Notes: a model not told the origin generated them from the letters alone. A stretch of DNA of 64,000 nucleotides from Paragordius varius (GCA_964247055.1 OZ176051.1:11222001-11286000); one strand, 5' to 3'; numbered from the stretch's first letter, positions 26,701 to 42,323 are shown. Translations and numbers: made by a program.

Positions 26701-27241
26701 ACGGCGCAGTTATATCGTCAATTTGGTACCTCCTAGTACACCCAAAATATTATTTGTAAAGACGACAACTGTTGTTTTTACAGATTACATTAAACCTCCT
26801 AAGAACATATAAATGAATACATTTACCATTAAAACAATTACAAATTTACCTTTTTATATTGTCATTATTTCTTAGTTTTTTATTTATTTTTTTCATCTCA
26901 GTTTTTTTCTCATAAAGTTTAGCCATTATAAATATTATTATTATATTTATAATAATGGCTCATATACCCTGAATTTATTAATAATTTTTATTATAATTTA
27001 TTAAGCGGGGACAATGTATGTTCAACTTATATATGTATAAAATTCGTTGTGAGGATGTCTATTTTTTATGGGTAATATAAAATTAACCTATGTATGCCAA
27101 CAAATTTTGAAGGTTTTACGTTTTGTTGTTTATTTTTATTGGAATCGAATCAATATTTGCAATATGGAACGTTACTACACATTAAAAATTTGATATTTTA
27201 TCATATATGACAAAAATATTCCTTCCTTGTCAAATTTTGGC

Positions 27242-27306
27242 ATGTTGATATTAAGCTTTTTAAATTTATAATTCCACGCTATTAATCTTCCTATTCGAGT
27301 ACAAGG
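27242..27306 (+). pseudogene. Exon 1b, disrupted (U2)
   Basis: Internal deletion and frameshift; ATG TTG ATA TTA AGC TTT TTA AAT TTA TAA stops early. Donor retained. Confidence 0.5.
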
Positions 27307-28964
27307 GTATGTACACTATCTCTAACTCTTATTAATTAATTATAACAATATTAGCTATATATTTATTGGGATTTTTTTATGAAATTTTTAATTTAAGTAA
27401 TATAAGTAATCCGAAAAATAATCGTAAATCATGTTAAGTATTTTCGACCCTATAAAACAAGGCATTTATTCAATCAAATCGATGTTCAAAGGATTAAATT
27501 TATTTACATCTCTAAACCATAATACGGTATTTGTTCATATTGGATACCTTTATATGGCAAGTTTAATTTAAATGCATAAAGTATCAAAATTTTAAATATA
27601 ATTTAATAAATTTAATCAACCTTACTTAATAAATATATAATGTTTATAATTATGTAATTACCCTTTCACAAATATTTTATCAGTTAAATGGAAATAACTC
27701 ACTTGTTTACTTTTGAGATTGAAAAATTTAATACTTTTTATTATATTACAATAGTCTTAAATAATAAGAATATTCTAAGGTTGTATTTAAATATTTTAAT
27801 ATACTGGGCATGAGTCGAGACTAACAGTAATTACAACCTGTTTTTGAAATAAGCCGAAACCGGGCTACCATTTCTAATTTTTTTAACCAATCCAGTTATA
27901 TTTTAAAACCAACTCTAGTAGTTTTATGTTTAATAACAGCTAATTTAAATTTTCGGCCAAGTCTTCATAATATATTTGCCATCAAAAGTAGAAAACAAGC
28001 TATGTTCATTTATATGTAAAAACATAATGTAATGTATATATTAACTTTGAAACATTAATGGCAAAATTAGGGTCAGATCTGTCAAGTTATGAATGCATTC
28101 AAGTCCGGACTGTACCCATTTTTACAAATTAATTGAAAATTTCATATATTTATCACATAATAAGAATGGTCTCCTTAAATTTAAAGGCAGAATTTGAATT
28201 TTATCTATTTCAAATTGCAATTATTACTAACATTAAAAAAAGCATTGATTATAATTAAGTTAAAAAATTGGCATTTGTGGTACTGATTGGCCGTTATTGC
28301 ATTCAAAAGTCAAATGTTTCTTTAACCCCTCGAAAACCAAACCTAATCCCATAAAATATCCATATGTTAGAACCATTTTTTAATAAAATAATATTTTCTA
28401 TTAATTTTAGTTTTGCCATGCATTTAATACACACATATAAACAAATTTAACATAATCCAATTTACCATTAATTTAAATACCTTTAAACAAACTATTTCAA
28501 TTGGTTATATAACGGTAAATACGTATGCCATAAACGATAAATTAAATTTAAATTTGAAAAAAATCCATAGTATAAAATCATTATAAATAAGATATGCACA
28601 AATTTTTTATCAATGAGGTTTTATAAATACAACAATATAATAATACGAATTAATTAATACTAAATTTAAGCGGTCATGGTTAACGCTAATTACACATTTG
28701 AAAGCTTTGTTTGTTCTTTGTTGATATGTACAAAATTAAAACAGATTGATTATTATGAAGAAGGGTATGGAAAGCGTTATAACTAACATATGTTTCTTTA
28801 TTTGGATTTGAAAAACATATTAATATTTTGACCCTGTTACACCTAAAATAATTTATCAATATATATAAATAAATAATATTCAAGTTAAGGAAAATTAGGA
28901 GAAAATGCTTAAAGGTGGAATTTTTTTTTTAAATAATAAATTTGATTAATCTTATGATGTATAG

Positions 28965-30208
28965 ATTTGCTCAACAAATATGTGCACACATCAGACAATC
29001 AAACCTTAGGCATATATAGGCAACAATTAACATCTTTGGTAACCTATGATACAAGAGAGACAGCAATAAACTACACAGCATTAATGAATTCCATGAATGA
29101 TATGACGAGTATGGATGAAAGATCATGGCGAAATTTTGTATGCAATAATATTGACCGGCTTTCAAAAAATCGTAATGATTATTCTGATTCCATGCATTTA
29201 ATCGGTAACTTTGGTCCCTGGTCTCGAAACATCCTTATTAGCTCTTTATACTCGGTTATAATGTCGTTCAAAAAAAACCACTTTGTAACTGGAGATGATA
29301 TGATGAAGTACAATAAAAAAGTAGTTTATTGTTATGTGGCAAAAGCTTCATCCACCGCTTGGAAAAGTTTAATAGCTTTATCTCAAAATCCCACCTTAGA
29401 AACATCACTACAACACTTGAAAGCTATAAATAAGAGTCTGGGGTTTGTTATTCAAAACTACCCGTATATTAGATTAAATAACAAAGTAAATAGTAAAGGT
29501 TATTCTTCCAACACGACTGATTTAAAGAAGGAAGATGTAGGTTTTAGTTTCACTTTTGTTCGACATCCGCTTCACCGTATACTTTCGGCTTATCGAAGTA
29601 AATTTTGTTGGAAAAACCGCTATTTCCAACAACGGTATGGGGATTACATTAAAACGACTGTTAATATGGGGGATTTTATAAATTTTTCGACACCACTAAC
29701 TTATGTTAATTCAACATCCAATATTAGTTTAGCAGAATTTATTCATTTTGTAGTGAATATTGAGACGGCGTATCCCAAAAGTAAATACTCATTTTTAATG
29801 AATGAACAGTGGGCACCTATAGTCGATACATGTAATCCGTGTGCTTACAATTACGATTTCATCGGTAAACATGAAAATCGTCTACAAGATATACCCTACA
29901 TCCTTAAACAGACGAGATGGGATAATTTACCATTTAATCCTTTTTATTTGGTTAGCCATGAGGCGCCAAAATACGCGACAACATTGTCTCCACACTATAA
30001 TGATGTGCTTGATGATCTAAAATCATCAACAAACACCCAAAGTTTTCGAGATTACGATGCGAAAGATCAGGAAATTATTGATCAAATTCCTAACGAATTG
30101 TTGAAAAAGTTGGTTTATCTATTTAGATATGATTACGCTTTGTTTTACCCCAAAGATCCATTATTCCTTCAACAATTAAACAGTAATCCGGATTTATTAA
30201 CAAATTAA
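28965..30208 (+). CDS. Carbohydrate sulfotransferase catalytic exon, intact (U2); predicted spliced protein 462 aa
   Basis: Open 413-codon frame with PAPS-binding motifs. Begins at acceptor TATAG|AT; the ORF-track TTG start follows an in-frame stop and is probably not the real start. Confidence 0.9.
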
Positions 30209-31714
30209 ACTAAAAAACATGGAGATTGGAATAATTTATGTAAAATTTCAAGCATTTGATTAATTTATTGTAACATATTTGCCTTTATATATTTAGCCAA
30301 TCTACAAAACACTTATGTGTTTAATAAATTTAATTTAATATATGACATGGTATTTATTGAGGATTTTCGTACAGACTCGTTCATGTTACAAACCGAATAT
30401 TTTAAATTTAAAGAGCTAAATTTAGTTTAAAACATTATATATATAGTTAGTCGCAGTAGCTTTATCAATCTTAATCATGGGTCCATAATAAATTTTATTA
30501 TTGTATAACTATGATTCACAAAACTTTCCTATGGGCAAAAATAAATTATGTTAGGAACCATTAGCGTATGTCGTATTGACTTATTTTAAATTCGACCGCA
30601 TGATTAAAAATTGTTGGCCTTTGCAATTTTACCTAAACATTCCTTCTCTAGTTGACAGATTAAGTATAAGGGTGAAATGGTGGTATATTAATAGTATCAT
30701 ATTTTATAGTATTAACACTGATAGCATTAGGTTTTACAAAATTTAACTTTTAATCCAAATACCATAATTACACTATATATCTATTATTTCTCATTTATTA
30801 GATGATATTCGCATATATAAAATTCCACGGAATTTTGGCAAAAGATTTTAGAAACGGAGGTAAATTGATATAAAGAAATTTTAAAAAGCAAATACTGAGC
30901 AAGGAATTTGTTTGTTTGGAGATGTAAAATTTGGCCTAATTTTCATTCCATGAACAATAACATTTATAAGATATTGGTAAACTACAATTTTGAAGTCTAA
31001 ACGGGTAATTAAAAGATCTTTATATAGGGTTAATACGGCTAGCTGAGAATTTTTAAGCGCCCCAAAAATTTTCCTATAACTTATCCATTCAAAAATGTTT
31101 AGATCTTATATACCATAAGAAATAAATTATCAGGGTTGTCAGAAATACCGGTTTTTTGATAACAAATCAGGTAATTTTGAAGGAAAATCAATCATTTAAT
31201 TAATTAAGATTACTGTCCATCTTTAAACATTGCGCCAATTTCTCAGACCATTTGCACAAGAGTGCCCTTGAACATTTCAGGTTGGTACTTGAACACTTCA
31301 AGTTGGTCCTAAAATTTTTAAGTTTGGATTTTAACCTAATTTTATATATTTGCTCACTTTAAAATAAAAATTTATATTCAAACCTTTTTTTGTTGATTTT
31401 TTTCCAATTTAACCAAATTATTAATTTATTAACGTTTTTAATGAAAAATTATAATTAATAATCCAGAAAACTTTTATTTTTTTAATTACCTGTTAAAATC
31501 TATATTTTTTAAGATCTCAATAAAGATATACGGTTTCTGAATGATTAGAAATTGATATCGATTTAAAATTTATGCCAAATAAAAAATAGATTAAAAATGA
31601 TAAAATGGGTGACACTATTTGATTGATAAAAGTTAAAGACAATATAAAGACAAAGGTCCAATCAAGTGTTCATGGACCAACTCGAAGTGTTCTCTTAAGG
31701 TGCAAATGGTATAT

Positions 31715-32720
31715 GAAAGGCATGACATAATAGCCGATTGAACTTTGCAGCATTCGTCAGGCCATTTTCCAACGTCTTCCAAATTATTGAATTGCTGTCT
31801 GAGGGCGTGTGCCTGATAGACAGAGGTAATAATGGCCTTAAATAAATACGGTGGATGTGGAAGAATTCCCCATCGAAGCTATTTTAAGGTATCTTTCTGG
31901 TTTTGCTGTGGAATTGCCAAGTAACAAAATTACTTTGTAGTGTTTTCTGGCTCATTTCCGTTTTTAAATAAGGCATAATTTCATTTGATGCCGATAGCGT
32001 TGTGTATAAACGGTTTCACTGATGAGCTTTAAATACAAAACAGCATAATCTTCTTCTTAAGCGTGTCCTTGATATTGATAACCATCTTGGGAAGCCAGAA
32101 TTTATTCCCCTTTGGATCGACAGGGCCACTCTTCCCTCGTCACAATGCGATCAAAAAATGATTTGCTTTCACGAACAGGATTTTACAATCCTCTTGGTGA
32201 TTTTTAATTTGACGTTCATTCGAATGGTGTTATAACCATTATCAAGTTTATTGGTCGTTACCAATGCTCGAAATATGCACTGATTGTATTTTGTAGCCAT
32301 CTAATACTTCTGCCAATTACCGTTGAATCCGAGTTGAATCATAATCCAATAATTCTGCCTTTTATCGTATTCTAAATTATGTGGCTCTTTCGAATTGAGA
32401 TAACTTTCATCGAAACCAGGTTTACATGTGTTTATTGATGAGGCATGTTTACCGTGTTGACAGCAAACAATGACCTTCAACAGCCTGTTTCTTGTAAGAG
32501 AGAAATGCATCTGCAGTTAATCTTTTTCAGCCAAAAAATTTGACATGATTATTGAATGATATAAATAAGACTCTAATTTTTTCCAGCTCAATCTGTTTTT
32601 TTTGTCGTATATCAGATGAATAAAATGGCGTCTAGTCTAATTAATCTGCTTCGTATTTTTCGGTGAAGTCGTCTCTTAACTGAAGACTTTTACAAATTAA
32701 ATTTAATTATCAAGTATAAT
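31715..32720 (-). pseudogene. Mariner remnant, U3 copy
   Basis: Duplicate of 130-1135. Confidence 0.75.
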
Positions 32721-32774
32721 CATGCTATAGAATATAATCATTTATTTTTTGCAATTATTATAGTTATCTATATC

Positions 32775-35700
32775 TAAAGTGACCAGACGTCCCGTTTTTT
32801 TACACTTTGTCCCGCGTCCCGCTACGTTTTTTAAATGTCCCGCTTTTTCACGATTATATAAAAAAAAATTTTTTAAATACAAATAAGTTTTTTTTATCCG
32901 TTTAAATTTTTTATCATTAAATATCTTTAAAATCTATATAATTATTAAATTAAAATTTTTTATTTTTAAATTAAAGATATTTATTTTTTTCGAATTTATA
33001 TCATATGATTATACACTTTCCTTCCTACTACTACTGTCATTATTATCAAAAAGCCAAGTTAATACCACAAATCTCTAGATTAAAAGACAAATTAATACAA
33101 CAAATCGGTAGCTACGTTTATTTCAGATTAAGGTAATATAATATTACTATGCTAATATTTTAGTTTTATTACTTGCTAACATATCAAAAAGCCAAATTAA
33201 TACCATAAATCGGTAGCTTAAAAGACAAATTGATACGACAATTCGGTACCTTACACGTTTATTCCAGAAAATTAAGGTAATATAAAGGTTATTATACTAA
33301 TATTTTGGTTTTATTACTTCCCAACATTATTAAAAGGCCAAATTAATACCACAAATCGGTAGCTTAAAAGACAAATTGATACCACAAATCGGTACCTTAC
33401 ACGTTTATTCCAGAAAATTAAAGTATATAATATTATTATACTAATAGTAGTTTATAAATATGAGCACAAAAAGAGGTTGTAAATTCAACGATGAATTAAT
33501 GAAAGATTTTCCTTTTATTAAAAAAACGAAGAATGAATCATCTGTTAAATGTCTTGTATTCGAGGGGGAATGCACCCTAGCAAATGACGCATGATATTAC
33601 AAAGCATATGGAAACACAGAAACATAAAAAATGTTTAGATATGGCGGCATCATCTTACAAAATGAGCGATTTTATTCGAAAAACCGTTTTTGGAGAGGAA
33701 GAAAAGAATTTGGCACTAGCTGAGGGCCTGTTATTTTTTCACTCCGTTAATCACAATCATTCCTTTAGATCTATGGACTGTACCTCACAGGTTATTCTCA
33801 CGTTATTCCATAAAAAATTTACATGTGCCCGTACAAAGGCTGAAGCCATTGTGTGCAATGTCCTTACGCCAAACGCATTTTCTGAAATACAAAAAGATTT
33901 GCTGAATTAATTTCTTATCCTTATACTCTGATGCATCAAATCACCATGAAACAAAATTATTTCCCACTTAAATTTTCATTCAGAAACCGGAGTAAAAATT
34001 AAAATTTTAGATTTAATTTCTGTACCCGGTGAAAATTCCGAAATAATATTTACTTCAATAATGCATATTCTAGAAAAAAATAATTTAAAAGAACAAAATT
34101 ATCGCATATTGCGCTGACAACACCAATACGAACTTCGGTGGAAAAGCAAGTAGGGGAACGAATAATATTCAAAATTAGCAGATAATCTTAATCAAAACAT
34201 TATTGGCGTTGGGTGTGCAGCGCATATAATACACAACGCTATTCAAACAGCTGCTGATTTGTTACCCCTAGATGTGGAAAATGTAGTTGTTAAAATATAT
34301 TCCTATTTTTATATATACACAGTACATGTTGAAACACTTAAAGAATTCTGTGAAAATGCAGAAGTTCAATATCAAAAAATGCTTGGATATTGTAAAACTC
34401 GTTGGTTAGCTTTTATGCCAGCTATCGGAAGAATTTTAAAAATGTATGATCCTTTAAAATCTTTTTTTTACCTCAGGACAAATGTCCTACAACTTTAAAG
34501 TTTTTTGAAAGTGATTTTTAAATATGGTTAGAATTCTTACATAATCAAGCTTCTCTTTACCAAAATGTTATAAAATTTAGAAGATGACAAAATTTCGGCA
34601 ATCGAAGTAGCCAATGAAGTTAGTAACCTAAAATTCCAATGTCAAGAACGGTTAGAAAATAATTTTATACCATTAACCATCCGCAATATAATAAATAATT
34701 TAGAAAAACAAGGCTTAATAAATCGCCAAGATATCCTGTCCCATATAAAAATGTTTTATACAAACTGTAAAGATTATTTGGAAGACTGGACGACGCAATT
34801 CAATGAAATTGATCATTTTCATTGGATAACATTAAAATCAGAATTTAATTGGTGCGATATTCAAAAATCATTTGATTATATCTGCTCCCAAAAATTCTCA
34901 AAAAGTAATCTTTCAGAAAATGATCTTTTTTCTGAAGTATCAATAGTTAAAAGATATATTAATAATGAAAAACTTAAATTATGGTCAAAAGAAAAATATA
35001 CAGTAGAAAAGAAATGGTTGGAAATATTTGATCATTTTGAAGCCAACTATATTACATACAATAATATTAAAAATTGTGGAATTCGCACTATCTTTACCTG
35101 GAACCAACGCTGCTACTGAGCGCGTTTTTTCCACAGTAAATCAGGTGTGGACATCGGAAAAATCGAATTTAAATGTTGAAACTTTAAAGGCCGTTTTATC
35201 TGTCAAATATTATTTGACAAATTCTTGTGAAGACTTCTACAAAATTTTAAAAAATGATGGCAATCTGCTAAAACGCATTCACTCAAACAAAAAATATACC
35301 AAAGAATAAAATATTTTCTTTAAAGTTTTTGTGTTAAAAAATAAACAAAATTACTTAAAATATTGTATAAGTCTTCATAATTTGTCAAATTATAATTGAG
35401 CAAAAATGGCTTTTATTCAACATTTAAATCTGATTCCGTGTCCTTACTTAATTACTGTGGAAAAACGCGTTCAATAGCAGTGGTTCAGGTAAAGATAATG
35501 CAAATTCTACAATTAAAATATTATTGTATGGAACATAATTTGTTTAAAAATGATTATTTTAACCATTTCTATCCTACGTATTTTTTTCTGTTGTCCATAA
35601 TATAAGTTTTCATTCAATATATTTATTTAATAATGAGACTTCATAAAAAAGTGTCATTGTGCACCGTCTTGTATTCCAAATAATCGTTTCTGTTTGTATA

Positions 35701-36333
35701 AAACATTTTTATATTCTGGCTATTCATTGAGCCTTGTTTTTATGGATGCTTTATAATATTGCGATTAGGTAATAGTATAAAATTATTTTCTAACCTTTTT
35801 GACTTGGAATTTTGACCTTTGTCCTGTGATAAAAAATAGGATCCTAGGAGATCACATTTTTATAAATATTTCAATAGCTGGCAAAAGAGCTAACCAACAG
35901 TTTTACAATATCCAAGCATTTTAACATCTATATTTTCCACATCCAGGGGTAACAAATCAGTAGCTGTTTGAATAGCGTTGTGTATCTGCCAATAATTGAT
36001 TAAGATTATTCGCTAAATTGTTAAAAATATTTTTTGTGCCGCTTCTTGCATCACCCAGCGCACTTTGTGATGATTTCGTCTTTATTATTTTTTTCTAGAA
36101 TATTACAATCACTTCACCCTTTGTTCGTGCACATGTAAATTTATTGAATAAGGTACAAACAACCTGTAAGGTACAAATTTTTTTATATTTATAATGTATT
36201 TGTGTTAAAAATAAATAAATATTACAATGAATTTTTTGTATAAAAATTTTTGGTTGTACCCCCCAATGAACCCCCCCCCCCCCTTTGTTTCAGATTTGTC
36301 CCGCTTTTTCCTTCAAAAAATCTGGTCACCTTA
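32775..36333 (+). mobile_element. hAT element, U3 copy
   Basis: Same TIRs and largely the same lesions as 1190-4741. Confidence 0.9.
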
Positions 36334-37855
36334 TTCTACGATCTTAGAGAAGAAACAAAAAAACATATAAATATGCATGAGAATCAATTATCTGAAATGA
36401 AACAAATTCTACGATTTGATTATCAAACAATAAACTTTATGACAAAACACTGTTCCCTGATTTCGATGAAAGAAGAGGAGGAGCCCTGAGTCTGTGACAA
36501 AAATAAGAACTGTTTTCAGATTTCATGCAGATCCCGGGCAACAAATTACTATTAAGCTAGTTTTTGGGGTGAACTTTTTAACAAATCTCATATCTTATCA
36601 AAAATTTAAAGTCAATCAGTATCTTATGTGATTCTTGTCAAATGAAAATTTGTATAAAAACTATTATTTTATCATAAAAAAAATGTGTAAATAAACTTTA
36701 ATTTATTTATTATCCTAAAATGTGAATTAGATTGTCATAATAATTTAGGAATTCTTCCGATTCTGTGCGATCTTTAATGACAACGTTTCCTGTAATATTT
36801 AAATCATAGAAGTTTTCATATCTATTGCTTTTATTATCTGATCTATCTCATAATAATTCTTTGTTACTGTCAACAAATCTTTTTGAAGATTTTTATAGGC
36901 TTCTTTTTTTGAATTACAACATACGGCACTATAGATTTATTTAAAACTATGGGATATCTAAAAGATTAAATATTATTAAATTACTTTAAGGTATACTTAT
37001 ATCGGTTTTAGGCATGGTTTAAGGAAACTCGAGAGTCAATCAGATGTGTTGTTTATATGAATTATAAGGAAACCCTTTCTTTGAAAAAGTGAGCATAGGA
37101 AACACTTAAAGGGTTTCCTTTTTTATTCACTTCACTCCACCCATTATCTTCTCTACAAATTAAAGTATTCTCTCAACGTTTCTATATCCTTGAAATCCGT
37201 CTTTGATTTCGATTTTTAATATATAATTAGAACAACTGCGCTTTTAAAATCAAGAAAAAACTATCCAATTATGATTTAGGCATTTAAGATTAATATTTCT
37301 CTTTCTATCATATTGGGTAATTAACAAAATATCCAAACAATAAGCGAATTTGATATACATTTAATACCGTATTACAATATATTTATGATTGTCCAATATC
37401 ATAATTATTATGAAGTAAATTTTAATTCACCGACATAACCATTCATGTTTATCTGTAATGGGGATTTATATGTATATTAAAATATTTTTGATTTAATTAT
37501 ATTTAAACATGTAAAATAAGGTAAAAATATTTATTTTTAGCTCACTTACAGTAGCGTATGGTATAAAACATTATTAGTCCATAAAAGAACAAAAAAATGT
37601 TTTTTTTATAAAAACAAGTCTAGTTGTATATACACAGCCATAATATCCCCTTAACACATATTTAAATTTTAACTTTCAAATAATTTACATACATTTTAAT
37701 TTATTTAAAAAGGATGTTTGCTTACTTTACGTGTAATAAAAAAATTAAAAAGTTAAACGTTGTAGGATGTTATAGGTGGGCAAAAGAAATAATTACAAAA
37801 TTTTTACCATATGCATGCGTTTATTTATCATTATTCAATTCAATTAACAAAATCA

Positions 37856-38000
37856 ATGTTTGGAATATGGCAACAACGCCATACATTAAACTGGTTGAAT
37901 AAAATATTCTCGTCTTTCCGTGTGCTCATGATATTAGGCCTTTATGTCGTTCTATTTACTGTATCTTTCGCACTGATCATATTCTTATTCGAGTATAAGG
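37856..38000 (+). CDS. Sulfotransferase exon 1a (U3)
   Basis: Intact 145-nt exon with phase-1 donor at 38001. Confidence 0.7.
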
Positions 38001-40369
38001 GTAATGCAAAATATTTCTAGCTATTTTTATTAATAAGTAAAAGGACATTACCGGGATATGGTTATATATTAATTTTTTTATAATTGTATGATTTTAATGT
38101 GTTAAATAATTCTTTATTTTAAATGACCCTAATGACAATTGTCATATAAATTATATTACTCTTACCTAGAACAAGTTTTCAAATAAGAATAACCAATATA
38201 AATATGCTTAAAAAATATTTTCAACATCGATAATGTAAAAATAAGCATTCAAGATTAAATTCTATAAATGCAATGCCGAATTGATCGAATATATGATATT
38301 AAAATTTATAATAAACTTGATTCATGTCCATTAAAACTAAATATATATAGTTTTTCTAATAGTATTTTTGATTAGTTAAACAAATTTGCTCTTAATATCC
38401 AAAATGTAAATGGGGTCAAATTCGATGTTAATCAACTGTATTAGATTAATTATAAAGTTATAATAATAGCACATCATGCAGACAATTATAAAAAATTATA
38501 AGCTTTAACTTTGTACCTCTCTATAAATACCATTTAAAGGATATTGGGATTTGGAAAAAATTGAACATAGTAATATCAGGCAATGGATAATTAGCTTTAA
38601 TTATTGCTAACTGATTCACATTTCGCTGGTGCATTATTGCTAAAAACAATACTAAATGTATATAAAAAATTAGAAACTGTGGTGATTAGCGCTAGGGAGA
38701 TATTATTTGCACCAAGGAAGGGATCCCTGCCAAAATTATTAATGCTAAACATCCACTATAGCTGAATAGAAGGCAAAATTAATACGCCTGAAAAGAATTT
38801 CAGACAAATATATAAAAACCGAACTTAAGGTTAAAGTCCAGGGATATAAATATGGCCATATTGATTTTGACTTCGGATAGCCGATTATTAGAATATATTA
38901 AATGCACATAAAATACTTACAACTAACATTTTCCATAAAGCATGATGTCCTTCTGTTTCATTAAATTATCTTTGATTACTGGAATATCTGACTGCTGAAA
39001 ACCGGTTTGAGTTTTTTTTCTTTATATGTAACGTGATCTCTCACCCTCAATTATTTCGGATTCGGAGAACTGGTGTGTTTTATACTAAAATTCAAAAAAT
39101 AAAAAATTTTACATTGACCCTAAATTTGGAACTCTTTGAGATGTGTTAAATCTTAGTGTTTTAATAGAAATTTGACTTAACCATCAATTTCAAAAAACAA
39201 AAATCTTGCATATTAATTCAGCTGTGTAATTTCCTACAGGGTTCAGAAATAATTCTAGTAGTTTCAGATTATGCATATCTCGGAGGTCTTATAAACAATA
39301 ATAAGGGCTATTTAGGTATCAATTGCGATAGAAAAATTAAAATTGTAAAAAATATGACTATATATGGAAGTCCCCTAACATCAAACCATCAACTAATATT
39401 AGGCTTATCTTCTTTAATCTTCCCGGCACTGTTGTAGGGATCTGAAAGCTGAATTATAAAAAAGTGACGAGTGTTTGAGAAACGCATTTAATGGGGCTGG
39501 CAGTAAACTTTACAAATAACATGGCAAGACATAATAAATTCGATATTTCTCGAAAAAAATCCGACAATGGCTCTAACCGACCATTGCCTAATAATGAAAT
39601 TATCGAATTTTTGACATAGTCTTATAATACAAAATTTAGAATAGCATCTAGCGGGTCGTTGCAAAATGAGCTCGGAAGATCTAAGCCAGAACACAAACTC
39701 TTCATTTTACAACCTTATAAACTTCACCAACATAAATCGCGAATTGGCCTACGTAAAGGCTTCAATACACATTTAGCTTCATACAATAATGCAATACAGA
39801 GTCGGGCTTTCAGAATCTGAAAGAAATTGTGGAGTCAAACGTTATATATGAATGTAGCGATGTTAAATTATTGCCTTTGTTTGATACTTTATTATTTTGG
39901 TTTTGGGATGATTATGCACACCTTGCTTAAACTTGTAAATAAACAACGATTTTGAAGTTACTTTGGAAATATAATAAACACTGTTTCTTGTATTAATAAA
40001 AAAATCCCATATTTTAAGTAGTGGCCCGAACATGATTAACACCTGATTTTCAAATTAAAAAAATTTACTGCTAAAATGAATATAAATTGTTTATTATTTT
40101 TGACGCAATTATTTACCTATTATATTGGCGAATCGAATATATAGAAATAAAAAATGGTGAGGATGAAATAAGATTATATTTTTTTTATAGAGGGAGAGGA
40201 AGGCATATGAGCACAATATCATAGGGGAAAAATTACAGGAAAAAAAGATATTGAAGTGTTAGAAATTATTTTCTAAAAAAATTGGGAGCTGTCTTGAAAA
40301 TGATATAACACGAAAACACTTATCTATAAATACGACCAGAATATTTTGAACTTTGATTATAAAAACTTC

Positions 40370-41700
40370 CTAATCCCTCAATCGTGATTCTCCTGGCAGA
40401 TAAAGGTTATGACGCAGATGAACAGCAAAATTTACGCTGAAAAAGGGATTGATATAATACATTTACTATACTACAATCCGAAAAGACCCCACTCGATTGA
40501 CAAACTTGGTAAAAAAAGCGGTAAAAAAAACTAGAATTTTGAAACAACATGCATACCAAAATTCACCATTCCACCCCATATGAATGTGGCCCTGAAAACT
40601 CACAAACCTGAAATACACTTACGACCAGCTGTCGTTAGTATTAACACACCGCTTTCTAAACTACTCATAAAACAACCATTTGCACATATCCTCCATCACG
40701 TACAAAATAATATGATGAATAAAATTAAAACAATGCATCTGAAAGAGTCTAACATACTAGTCATCCTGAACATACAATCTCTTTTCGCAATTATCCCGAG
40801 AAATCAATTAGGATCTATCATCGAAAAATAGGTGATGGCTTACACCCCATCATTCCGAAGTTATAAATATGCCTTTCAAATTGTTTTTTGAAGCAAAACT
40901 ACCTACAATACACTGGTACCTCCATAAGATCCAGTTTCTCTCCATAACTAGCTGACATATACATGAAATCTTTCGAAAAACTTATGTTCGAATCCTCACT
41001 ATCCCCCAGATGTTGGCATCGATATGTGGGTGATATATTCTCACCTTTCTAGACTTTAATAACATACATCCCAATAGGCTCTTTATGTAACACAGCCACT
41101 ACGAAATACAATTCCTAGATGTTCAACTAAAAATCAAGATTGGTATGTTCCAACATATGTCTTTAGAAAGGCACACATATTTATACTTAAATGCAAATTT
41201 CCATAATCATCCAGCTCGTTCGCTCTCAGGTTTAAAAACTCTCATACACCGAGCCAAAACTCTTTGTAATGAATATAATCTAAGAAATGAAAACTTTTAA
41301 AACCACATTTCAACAAAATGGCTATTTAGTTAACATTTTTAATAAATTAAACACCCATAGGATTCAGTCTCTTCTTTCGTTTTACCTTACATAAAAAATG
41401 TCACGACCAAAATCCGACATGTTCTTAAAAAATATGAAGTTAAAGCTATATATAAGCCTTTCAATAAATTTAACCTGTTCCTGCAATGTCAAATACATGG
41501 GTGAATCAGGACGCCTAATTTTAACACGATAAAATAAACATGACCAATACATTCTTGCCCGCAAACTCTCTTTGGGATTAGCAAAGCAAATACACAATGA
41601 TCATCACTTTATATCTCATTAAGAAATCGTTTACAACTAATAATTACAATAAACGCCGGATATGTGAATAGAGATTATATCAAATCCTAGACTCGATCGT
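40370..41700 (+). mobile_element. Penelope-like remnant, U3 copy
   Basis: Duplicate of 8790-10130. Confidence 0.75.
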
Positions 41701-42242
41701 GAAGACGGCGCAGTTATATCGTCAATTTGGTACCTCCTAGTACACCCAAAATATTATTTGTAAAGACGACAACTGTTGTTTTTACAGATTACATTAAACC
41801 TCCTAAGAACATATACATGAATACAATTACCATCTGAACAATTACATATTTACCTTTTTATATTGTCATTATTTCTTAGTTTTTTATTTAATTTTTTATC
41901 TAAATTTTTATCTCAAAAAGTTTATGCATTATAAATATTATTATTATATTAATAATAATTGCTCGTAAACCCAGAATGGATTTAATAATTGTTACAATTT
42001 ATTAAGAGGGGAGGATATATGTACGACTTATATATTGTATAAAATTCGTTGTAATGGTGTCTATTTTTTATGGGTAATATAAAATAAACTTATGTATGCC
42101 AACAAATTTTGAAGGTTTTACGTTTTGTTGTTTATTTTTATTGGAATCGAATCAATATTTGCAATATGAACGTTACTACACATTAAAAATTTGATATTTT
42201 ATCATATATGACAAAAATATTCCTTCCTTGTCAAATTTTGGC

Positions 42243-42323
42243 ATGTTGATATTAAGCTTTTTAAATTTATAATATTTATTGCCTTTTCTTCCACGCTATT
42301 AATCTTCCTATTCGAGTACAAGG
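42243..42323 (+). pseudogene. Exon 1b, 1-nt frameshift (U3)
   Basis: 81 nt versus 82 nt in U1 (AAATTTATA vs AAATTTTATA), giving an early TAA. Donor retained. Confidence 0.5.

Larger units (their letters stand above)
16550..31591. repeat. Tandem segmental duplication unit U2 (15,042 bp)
   Basis: Colinear and near-identical to U1 and U3. Lacks the 10240-11739 insertion. Confidence 0.95.
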
